Shown in pieces: positions 25,187-32,000 of a stretch of DNA of 32,000 bases (positions within the stretch are counted from its first letter, which is position 1; each line of letters begins with the position of its first letter). The DNA is taken from NCBI RefSeq assembly GCF_000195975.1, contig NC_005070.1, positions 210,001 to 242,000 of the forward strand. The letters are read 5' to 3'. The DNA comes from Parasynechococcus marenigrum WH 8102 (GTDB lineage: Bacteria > Cyanobacteriota > Cyanobacteriia > PCC-6307 > Cyanobiaceae). Made by a program: the position numbers and the translations under genes. The notes under the pieces were generated by a model. It saw only the letters and a program-made list of their open reading frames with translations. It searched no databases and was not told where the DNA came from.

Positions 25187-26662
25187 ATGGGTGCCACCCC
25201 GCCTGCCGACAACGTTCTCACCGACCGGTTGCTGCGGAGCTGGCTGCGTTGTCGCCGCAGGGCCTGGCTGGATCGTCATGGTGATCCTGCCCTGCGGCAG
25301 TGGACGGCGCACCGCAATCTGATGCTGGACGATCAGCAACGTTGTTTTGTGGCGTTGCTGCCCCAGAAGCCCGGCCGCGGTGAGGCGGCCTGTGCCGTGG
25401 GCGCGGATGGCGTTGTTGGACTGCGCTTCAAAGGGAAGGGCCCTGGAGGGGAAGCCCTGGAGGCCCATCCCCCGCTGCTGAGGCGGGTGAGCGGTCGCAG
25501 TCGCTGGGGGGATTTCGCCTACCAGCCGGTGCTGGCTCGTCAGGGTCGACGCATGACGCGGGAACATCAGCTTCCTCTGGCGCTGATGGCGCTGCTGCTG
25601 GAGCAGGAGCAGCAGGCGCCGGTGACGGAGATGCTCGTGGTCGGTGGGGGTGGCCGCCGGCTCGAGCGGGATCGGGTTGGTTTGTCCGCTGGACTCCGCA
25701 AGCAACTGGTGGATGCGTTGCGCAAGCTGAGGCTGGATTTGCAGCGGGAGGAGCCGCCTGATCTGGCGGCGGATCGGCGTAAGTGCACCCTTTGCAGTTG
25801 GCGCCAGGTCTGCAATGGCGTCGCAGCTAGCGACGGTCACCTCAGCGAGGTGAGCGGTATCGGGGCCAAGCGTCGGGAGATGCTCCAGGAGCTCAACATC
25901 CGCGGTCTGGCTGATCTGGCTGCTGCCGACCCGGAGCAGTTGGCCACGGCCATGCAACGCTTCGGGGAACAGCACGGTGACGTCGCGCGCACCCTGGTGG
26001 CCCAGGCCCGATGCCAGCGCAGCGGTCAGCCGGAACGGCTCAGCAGCAGGCCTGCCCTGCCGGAACTGATCGCTGCCCCGGGGGTGCTGCTGTACGACAT
26101 CGAGTCAGATCCGGACGCCCGCCATGACTTCCTGCATGGGTTCTGGTGCCTGCCCCGCGGCAGTGATGGACGTTGGGATCTGGCTGCTGCGCGGTATCAG
26201 CCGCTGCTGGTGTTGGCGGAACACGGTGAGCCCCGCTGCTGGCAGCGCATTGCGCGTTACGTCAGTCGTTACGACGACTGGCCGGTGCTCCACTACGGCG
26301 AAACCGAATCTCTGGCGCTGCTGCGCATGGCGCAACGGCAAGGCATATCAGAGCAGCAGCAGGCCCCGTTGCGGCGGCGCTTGGTGGATGTTCATGCCCG
26401 AATTCGCCAGCACTGGCGCCTTCCTCTCAACAGCTATGGCCTGAAGGCTGTGGCCTCCTGGCGTGGTTTTCAGTGGGGCCAGAGCGGTGTAGATGGGGCC
26501 CATGCCCTGCTCTGGTGGCGCCATTGGCAGGGGGAGGGACCGGAGCGACGCGGCAGTTCCCATGCCCTGCGTTGGATCTTTCAGTACAACCGGGATGATT
26601 GCCGTGCCACCTGGGCCGTCGCCGATTGGCTTCGTCATCAGGATCAGGCTGGCGGTTCCTGA
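25187..26662 (+). CDS. RecB-family (TM0106-type) putative nuclease with a Cas4-like Cys cluster and a C-terminal RNase-H-fold exonuclease-like domain
   Basis: N-terminal SWLRCRRRAWLD; Cys triad KCTLCSWRQVC (CxxCx5C); helix-hairpin-helix GIGAKRREMLQELNIRGLADLA; C-terminal LLYDIESDP...FLHGFW...LHYGETE. Confidence 0.7.
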   Translation: MGATPPADNVLTDRLLRSWLRCRRRAWLDRHGDPALRQWTAHRNLMLDDQQRCFVALLPQKPGRGEAACAVGADGVVGLRFKGKGPGGEALEAHPPLLRRVSGRSRWGDFAYQPVLARQGRRMTREHQLPLALMALLLEQEQQAPVTEMLVVGGGGRRLERDRVGLSAGLRKQLVDALRKLRLDLQREEPPDLAADRRKCTLCSWRQVCNGVAASDGHLSEVSGIGAKRREMLQELNIRGLADLAAADPEQLATAMQRFGEQHGDVARTLVAQARCQRSGQPERLSSRPALPELIAAPGVLLYDIESDPDARHDFLHGFWCLPRGSDGRWDLAAARYQPLLVLAEHGEPRCWQRIARYVSRYDDWPVLHYGETESLALLRMAQRQGISEQQQAPLRRRLVDVHARIRQHWRLPLNSYGLKAVASWRGFQWGQSGVDGAHALLWWRHWQGEGPERRGSSHALRWIFQYNRDDCRATWAVADWLRHQDQAGGS

Positions 26663-27441
26663 AAGGCTGCCGGCTGTCCGAGCTGAACGGTCTGGCCGGT
26701 CGGCCCCTCCACGGAGGAGAGATCAAGAAACTGGCGACGCACCAGAGCCAGCCCCAGCGCGGCACCCGGGTGTGAAAGGGCACTGGTGATGGTGCCGGCC
26801 CGGTCGGACCCGACGTTGAGCTGATCACCTGGATGCAAGGGCTGCTCGCTGTGCCAGCAACGCAGTTGCTGCTTCACCCCTCCCTTGCCAGTGAGTTTCG
26901 CCATCGTCTCCTGGCCCAGATAACACCCTTTGTCGAGGCTGATCCGCCCTGACAAGCCCAGCTCAAGGGGGTTGGTTTCACCGTTCATCTCTGCTGGGCC
27001 AGGCGGGAAGCCCTGTTGCAGGCGATGGCGTTCCAGCGCATCGTTCTCCAGTTGGGTGGATGCGTTGAGCTCCTCGGGCAACGGCTGGTCCTTGCCGATC
27101 CACAACGCCAGACCCACAGGGTCAAGTCCTTGCACACGCCGCTGACGACGCGATGCATTCAGCCGAACGCGATCGGCGGGAAAAATCACCTGATCGAAGC
27201 CGCGGCTGACGGCTTCCGCATCGCCAGCCAGCACGAGCACATCAGCACCGGTGGCATCAAGTCGCAGTTCCAGGAGGGCGCGAAGCCGGCCCGTGGCCGT
27301 GAGCCAGCAACTTTGCTGCAGTTCTCCGTCAACCAGGCCGGAGAGATCAGCTGTGGTCTGCCCCTGCAGAAAATCCCTGGCGCCCTTGCCCTCCAGTCGC
27401 AGCATGGGAAAGGCGTCATCCCAGTGGATGGTGGTCGTCAT
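26644..27441 (-). CDS. ygfZ: Folate-dependent YgfZ/GcvT-like protein
   Basis: [20 protein letters not shown] and the family signature [11 protein letters not shown] 27439-27441 overlaps the pyrE stop (ATGA). Confidence 0.85.
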   Translation of the reverse strand: MTTTIHWDDAFPMLRLEGKGARDFLQGQTTADLSGLVDGELQQSCWLTATGRLRALLELRLDATGADVLVLAGDAEAVSRGFDQVIFPADRVRLNASRRQRRVQGLDPVGLALWIGKDQPLPEELNASTQLENDALERHRLQQGFPPGPAEMNGETNPLELGLSGRISLDKGCYLGQETMAKLTGKGGVKQQLRCWHSEQPLHPGDQLNVGSDRAGTITSALSHPGAALGLALVRRQFLDLSSVEGPTGQTVQLGQPAAFQEPPA

Positions 27442-28022
27442 CGGCTGAGCTCCTCGGCGGCGCTGGACACCTCCGACAGGCGGAACAGGCTCACCAAGTC
27501 CAGGTCCGCTGCAGCCATGGCTGTGGCTCCTCCCTCCTCACGGTCCACGATCGTGATGACCCGTTTGACCACGTAGCTGGCCTCCCGCAGTTGATGAACG
27601 GCTTTCAACGATGAGCCGCCGGTGGTGACCACGTCCTCCAGCACGGTGATCAACGCGCCCTGCGGTGGCAATGGCCCTTCCAGCCAGGCGCCGGTGCCAT
27701 GCCCCTTGGCCTGTTTCCGCACAATCAAGGCGTCCAGGGGGCGCTCGACCAGCGCCGCCGCCATCGCCACTCCACTGACCAGGGGATCAGCCCCCAGGGT
27801 CAGTCCTGCGACGGCAACGGCCTCGGCGTCGAGATGGTCGAGCATGGCGCTGCTGATCAGAGCCAGACCGGATCCGCTCAAGCTGACCGGTTTGCAATTC
27901 ACGTAGTGCTCGCTCTCCCGTCCGGAGGCCAGCGTGAACTGACCACGACGGTAGGCCTCCCCCGCCAGACGCTTCAACAGGGTGCGCCTGGCGTCGTTGT
28001 CGTAGCGGAACGCTGAGGTCAT
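27438..28022 (-). CDS. pyrE: Orotate phosphoribosyltransferase
   Basis: [18 protein letters not shown] and the PRPP-binding loop [12 protein letters not shown]. The start is ATG 28020-28022. The 200 codons upstream in the 394-aa ORF are junk-like and antisense to the gene at 28077. Confidence 0.9.
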   Translation of the reverse strand: MTSAFRYDNDARRTLLKRLAGEAYRRGQFTLASGRESEHYVNCKPVSLSGSGLALISSAMLDHLDAEAVAVAGLTLGADPLVSGVAMAAALVERPLDALIVRKQAKGHGTGAWLEGPLPPQGALITVLEDVVTTGGSSLKAVHQLREASYVVKRVITIVDREEGGATAMAAADLDLVSLFRLSEVSSAAEELSR

Positions 28023-28076
28023 GGACTGGCCGCGCACACGAACAGTTCTTAGTTTGCGCTTAGCCGTGTTGAGCTC

Positions 28077-28619
28077 TTGGGATCCACAACACTGTGGTTT
28101 GCGCCTTGGCGGCTCGGCCTGCTTGTGATCGGCGGTGCCACGGGCTTGGGGCCCGTCGTTGCAGCAGGTCCTGTGATGTGCGCGACGACGCTGGAGGCTC
28201 CTGAGCTGTCGTCTGCAGCCACCGAGCCCGTGGAGGTCACCACCTGCGCTGCGGTGGAGACCACCAGTGAGCTGATGGAGCGTCGCCTCTACACCTGGAC
28301 CGCTCCCTACGAACGGGGTGTTGATCTGCTGCATCAGATCACCGATCTGTTCGGAATAGCCGTCGCAGGTGAGGGGGGTACCCAGGTGATGGGTCTTGGA
28401 TTCCCCGATCAGACCATCATCTGGGATGCCGCGGCGACCAGCTCCACCACCCGGGCGCTGCTGGAAGAGCAGAGCCCAGCACTGCCATTGAGAACTCAGG
28501 ATCTGGCTAACGGTTTCGACAGCAGCCTTGCGTTGGAGAGCATCGGTTCGGAGCAGATCCTGCAGCCCAAACCGGAATTTGTGGAGACCGACATCGCACC
28601 CCTTCAACCCCTGTGGTAA
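28077..28619 (+). CDS. Hypothetical protein with a hydrophobic N-terminus
   Basis: Protein-like acidic composition and GC-rich third codon positions. The TTG start is uncertain; internal GTG and ATG alternatives exist. I recognise no family. Confidence 0.45.
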   Translation: MGSTTLWFAPWRLGLLVIGGATGLGPVVAAGPVMCATTLEAPELSSAATEPVEVTTCAAVETTSELMERRLYTWTAPYERGVDLLHQITDLFGIAVAGEGGTQVMGLGFPDQTIIWDAAATSSTTRALLEEQSPALPLRTQDLANGFDSSLALESIGSEQILQPKPEFVETDIAPLQPLW

Positions 28620-28634
28620 CAATCGTGTTGACCT

Positions 28635-28707
28635 GGGGGTCTAGCAATCTGGTGAATGCAGCGAACTCATAATTCGCCTAAGGCGAGTTCGATCCTCGCG
28701 ACCCCCA
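28635..28707 (+). tRNA. tRNA with anticodon CAT (elongator Met, or Ile2 if lysidine-modified); no encoded CCA
   Basis: Hand-folded 73-nt cloverleaf. The acceptor stem pairs gggggtc with gaccccc (7 bp). The anticodon stem pairs gcgaa with ttcgc around the loop ctCATaa. The variable loop is ctaag. The T arm is gcgag-ttcgatc-ctcgc and the discriminator is A. The G1-C72 pair and the absence of three G-C pairs in the anticodon stem argue against an initiator. Confidence 0.8.
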
Positions 28708-28720
28708 CTTCTTTCGACTG

Positions 28721-30004
28721 ATGCGGTTGCCACTGCTGGCCCTGCTTCTGCTGCTGCCGGCGTTCTTCGCTGCCGCTGAAGTCGCTCTTCTGCGACTGCG
28801 ACCCAGCCGTGTCGATGTCCTCGTGGAGGAGGGCAAGGCTGGTGCAGCATCGATTCATCGGCTGCAGCGGCGGTTGCGCCGAGCCCTGATGCTGTCTCAG
28901 TTCGGAGCGACTTTGGCCCTAGTGGCCCTGGGGTGGGCTGGTCGCGGACTTGGCCAGCGTCTCTGGCCCGATGGCACCGCGGGGGTGGTCTGGCTGGATG
29001 TCGCTCTGTTTCTGGGGCTTGTGCTGCTGGCGACCCTGCTGGCTGGCTTGCTGCCCAAGGCCTGGGTGCTCAGTCGTCCGGAACCCGCCGCTCTGCGCCT
29101 GGCACCTCTGCTGGAGATGGCGATGCGCTGCCTGTCGCCGCTGCTCAACCTGCTGGAGGGCCTGGCTGCCGTCTTGCTGCGGCTGGTGGGCCTGACGCCG
29201 AAGTGGGATGAACTGGTGCCGGCCCTCTCCGCCGGCGAGCTGGAAACCCTGGTGGAATCCGGGCGCGTCACCGGCTTGTTCCCCGATGAGCGCAACATCC
29301 TCGAGGGGGTGTTTGCCTTGCGCGACACCCAGGTCCGGGAAGTGATGGTGCCCAGGTCCGGGATGGTGACGTTGTCGGTGGATGTCCACTTCGCTGAGAT
29401 GATGGAAGCAGTGCATCACACACGTCACGCTCGATTCCCCGTGATTGGACAGTCACTCGATGACGTGCGGGGCGTCCTGGATCTGCGGAGGATGGCCGAA
29501 CCGATCGCCCGAGGCGAGCTGCAGGCGGACTCTCCACTCGAGCCCTACCTTCAGCCAGCAGTGCGGGTGCTGGAGACCAGCACCCTGGCGGAGCTGCTAC
29601 CGATGATCCGCAGCGGCCAGCCGCTGCTGCTGGTGGTGGATGAACACGGCGGCACGGAGGGCTTGGTGACAGCGGCGGATCTCACCGGGGAGATTGTGGG
29701 AGATGAGCTGCAGGAAGACCCCAAGGAGCCTGAGCTCCTGCAGGATGACGACCAACCGGGGGCTTGGTTGGCGGCAGGCGATCTTGAAATCTTTGAACTG
29801 AACCGGCAGCTGGAGCTTGACCTGCCGGAAGCCGATGATCACCACACCTTGGCCGGGTTCCTGCTGGAACGCCTGCAGCACATTCCCGCCCCTGGAGAGG
29901 CCCTGCGTTTCAACGGCGTGCAGTTTGAGATCACCGCCATGGCCGGACCCCGGATTGAACGGGTGCGACTAGTGCTCCCGGATGCGTCCGAAGCAGAGGG
30001 CTGA
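28721..30004 (+). CDS. CNNM/DUF21 - CBS pair - CorC_HlyC domain protein (TlyC/CorB-like putative divalent-cation transporter)
   Basis: An N-terminal four-TM DUF21 region (AAEVALLRLRPSRV) is followed by ERNILEGVFALRDTQVREVMVPR, a CBS pair (HARFPVIG...VRGVLDLRRM; LLVVDEHGGTEGLVTAADL) and a C-terminal transporter-associated domain (HHTLAGFLLERLQHIP). Confidence 0.88.
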   Translation: MRLPLLALLLLLPAFFAAAEVALLRLRPSRVDVLVEEGKAGAASIHRLQRRLRRALMLSQFGATLALVALGWAGRGLGQRLWPDGTAGVVWLDVALFLGLVLLATLLAGLLPKAWVLSRPEPAALRLAPLLEMAMRCLSPLLNLLEGLAAVLLRLVGLTPKWDELVPALSAGELETLVESGRVTGLFPDERNILEGVFALRDTQVREVMVPRSGMVTLSVDVHFAEMMEAVHHTRHARFPVIGQSLDDVRGVLDLRRMAEPIARGELQADSPLEPYLQPAVRVLETSTLAELLPMIRSGQPLLLVVDEHGGTEGLVTAADLTGEIVGDELQEDPKEPELLQDDDQPGAWLAAGDLEIFELNRQLELDLPEADDHHTLAGFLLERLQHIPAPGEALRFNGVQFEITAMAGPRIERVRLVLPDASEAEG

Positions 30005-30041
30005 AGCCGGATAACCTTCCCGCAATCACCCCGGCTTGTCG

Positions 30042-31049
30042 ATGTCTCCCGACCCCATGCGTCCGGTCAAGGTCGGGGTCATCGGCATTGGAAACATGGG
30101 CTGGCATCACGCCAGGGTGCTGAGCCTCCTGAAAGATGCTCATCTCGTGGGTGTAGCTGACCCCGATGGCGATCGCGGTGCCCTGGCGGTGGAGCAATTC
30201 GGCTGCCGTTGGTTCGCCGACTACCGCACGATGCTCAGCGAGGTGGAGGCCGTTTGTATTGCCGTGCCGACCCTGCTGCACCATCCAGTCGGCCTGGCCT
30301 GCCTGGAAGCCGGTCTGCATGTGCTGATCGAGAAGCCGATCGCTGCCAGTCAGGACGAAGCAACGGCACTGATCAGCGCTGCAAACGACGCCGGCCGTCT
30401 GCTGCAGGTGGGTCACATCGAGCGCTTCAATCCCGCCTTCCGCGAACTCACGAAAGTGGTGGCCAATGAGGAGGTGGTGGTCCTGGAGGGGCGGCGCCAC
30501 AGCCCCCATGCAGACCGTGCCAATGATGTGTCAGTGGTGCTGGATCTGATGATTCACGACATCGACCTGATGCTGGAACTGGCTCAGGCGCCGGTGGTGC
30601 GGCTCGCCGCCGCCGGAGGTCGCAGTGCCGATGGACCGATCGATTACGTCAACGCGACCCTCGGGTTTGAGAACGGTGTGGTGGCCAGTCTCACGGCCAG
30701 CAAGATGAGCCACCGCAAGATCCGCAGCCTCAGTGCGCACTGCCGTTCCAGCTTGGTTGAGACCGACTTCCTGAATCACACCCTGCACATCCACCGCCGC
30801 GCCCACGAGTGGTATTCCGCCGATCACGGTGAATTGCTGTACCGCAACGATGGCTTCATCGAGGAGGTCAGCACCACGTCGATCGAACCGCTCTATGCCG
30901 AGCTCGAGCATTTTCTGCAGTGTGTCCGTGGCCGTGAAACGCCCGCTGTGGACGGCCTGCAGGCCTCCAGAGCACTGCGTTTGGCCGATCTGATCGAGCA
31001 GGCGGTGGAACATCCCGACATGGGTGTGCCCCTTACCGATCCGATCTGA
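30042..31049 (+). CDS. Gfo/Idh/MocA-family NAD(P)-dependent oxidoreductase
   Basis: Rossmann N-terminus VKVGVIGIGNMGWHHARVL and the EKP motif (VLIEKPIA). ATG 30042 is preferred over TTG 30036; ATG 30057 is also possible. Confidence 0.85.
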   Translation: MSPDPMRPVKVGVIGIGNMGWHHARVLSLLKDAHLVGVADPDGDRGALAVEQFGCRWFADYRTMLSEVEAVCIAVPTLLHHPVGLACLEAGLHVLIEKPIAASQDEATALISAANDAGRLLQVGHIERFNPAFRELTKVVANEEVVVLEGRRHSPHADRANDVSVVLDLMIHDIDLMLELAQAPVVRLAAAGGRSADGPIDYVNATLGFENGVVASLTASKMSHRKIRSLSAHCRSSLVETDFLNHTLHIHRRAHEWYSADHGELLYRNDGFIEEVSTTSIEPLYAELEHFLQCVRGRETPAVDGLQASRALRLADLIEQAVEHPDMGVPLTDPI

Positions 31050-31068
31050 GCGGCGCGGACGTCGCCCG

Positions 31069-32000
31069 TCAGACCAGCCCTTCCTGTTCAGCCAGTTCCC
31101 TCAGAGCCGCCACCTGCCAGCGGCGGCAGTCACCAGGAGATGCGGCGTAGAACTGCCCCCAGGCTCGGGCTTTGTGCTGGCTGTAGCTGGCGTGGCTCAG
31201 CGAGGGATGCGTCTGTTGCCAGCCCACACGCACAGCGTGGCCAATCACCACATCCAACGCCAGGTCGTCATCGAAGTGCACCTCCGGGTTGGCTTCCACG
31301 AAGGCCATCAGAGACAAGAGGCACTCCGTACAGAGCTGTCGATATTCCGGCGCCTGGATTCGGCTGAGCAGATGCTCCACCAACGTGGCGAAGTTCTTTT
31401 CCCCCGCTGTTTTCTCGAGGATCAGGCGGCTGTTCAGTCGATTGCGGCGTTCCAGCTTGTCGCCGACCACCAGGCCGCGGCAGTGCTGCAACAACGACCA
31501 GATGCCGGCATAGAAATCCCTGGGCACCTTCTGCAGTGAACCAAGACGGATGCGGTGCTGCAGCCAGTCGCCGCCGCTGGGGGGCTGGTCAATGGGATCC
31601 GGCACCTTCCACTGCACCCTGCCGGTGACATGCAGCTGCTCACCGCGCTGCAGGGCCGCCCTGGCATGTTCAACATCGCTGAGGAGTTGTCGCAGCCGAT
31701 CCCGGATCCGATGCGGTGAGCTGCTGCACAACGCTTCAAAGGCCTCGTCCTGGCTGAGCTGATCCTCTGCCGCCAGTTCAGAGGTGAGCAGCAACAGCAG
31801 TTGACTGAGCTGCAGGGTAAGGATCCCTTTCAGCAGTCCGGGATCGCGCCGGGCCACGCCATCCAGGGCCAGCAGCAGCTCCTGTTCAAGCATGCGCTCG
31901 CGCCCGTCCACCCCGCTGGTGCGTGCGATCCGTTCGGCGATGGCGCTGCTGTCCAGGGGGTGGCTGAGCCGTGCATCGGCGGTGTAGTTGCGGCCCACGA
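31069..32000 (-). CDS. Hypothetical protein, C-terminal part (the frame runs to the window edge, so the 5' end is probably outside)
   Basis: A long ORF with protein-like, helix-rich composition. The GTG at 31996-31998 is only the first start-like codon inside the window. I cannot assign a family with confidence. Confidence 0.5.
   Translation of the reverse strand, partial: VGRNYTADARLSHPLDSSAIAERIARTSGVDGRERMLEQELLLALDGVARRDPGLLKGILTLQLSQLLLLLTSELAAEDQLSQDEAFEALCSSSPHRIRDRLRQLLSDVEHARAALQRGEQLHVTGRVQWKVPDPIDQPPSGGDWLQHRIRLGSLQKVPRDFYAGIWSLLQHCRGLVVGDKLERRNRLNSRLILEKTAGEKNFATLVEHLLSRIQAPEYRQLCTECLLSLMAFVEANPEVHFDDDLALDVVIGHAVRVGWQQTHPSLSHASYSQHKARAWGQFYAASPGDCRRWQVAALRELAEQEGLV

Noticed and set aside
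28077-28622. The minus-strand reading of this interval, which is the upstream part of the 394-aa ORF 27438-28622.
   Set aside because: The translation (…[35 protein letters not shown]…) is junk-like, and pyrE has a clean start at 28022. The plus-strand ORF has protein-like composition, although its own product remains unknown.
28635-28707. The tRNA-like element considered as an initiator tRNA-fMet or as a piece of a (two-piece) tmRNA.
   Set aside because: It has a G1-C72 pair and an anticodon stem of gcgaa/ttcgc without the three consecutive G-C pairs typical of initiators. It also folds as a complete cloverleaf with a 7-nt anticodon loop, unlike a tmRNA tRNA-like domain.
1-32000. A scan for CRISPR arrays, IS elements or transposases, integrases, phage genes and rRNA.
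   Set aside because: I saw no regularly spaced direct repeats and no transposase, integrase or phage-like ORFs. The only RNA gene I can fold is the tRNA at 28635-28707.

Overview
This is a GC-rich (about 60% by eye, not computed), very gene-dense chromosomal segment. The gene content (ndhJ, chlD, a class I photolyase, an apocarotenoid-type oxygenase, a TGD/Mla-like lipid-transport pair, fabI-hisB) points to a marine picocyanobacterium of the Synechococcus/Cyanobium type. I can support 33 protein-coding genes plus one frameshifted gene and one tRNA(CAT). I saw no CRISPR array, IS element, transposase, integrase or rRNA. Genes are packed tightly: many same-strand neighbours share ATGA or TGATG stop/start overlaps, and six convergent pairs overlap at their 3' ends. 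Most of the window is housekeeping. Three regions stand out. (1) A translationally coupled four-gene minus-strand operon at 18184-23015 encodes a SABATH-type methyltransferase, a Leu/Phe/Val-type amino-acid dehydrogenase (frame broken), an MSOX/NikD-like flavoenzyme and a BCCT transporter. I propose, as inference only, that it makes and transports an N-methylated pyridine- or piperidine-carboxylate osmolyte such as homarine. (2) A photolyase-like pair at 12999-14351 has the catalytic FAD domain encoded first and the alpha/beta domain second. The two ORFs are in the same frame, separated by a single TAG, and the first carries a C...CxxCx5C motif. (3) A vapBC toxin-antitoxin module sits between chlD and folK. 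The many long ORFs antisense to these genes are shadow ORFs of GC-rich DNA and are rejected.
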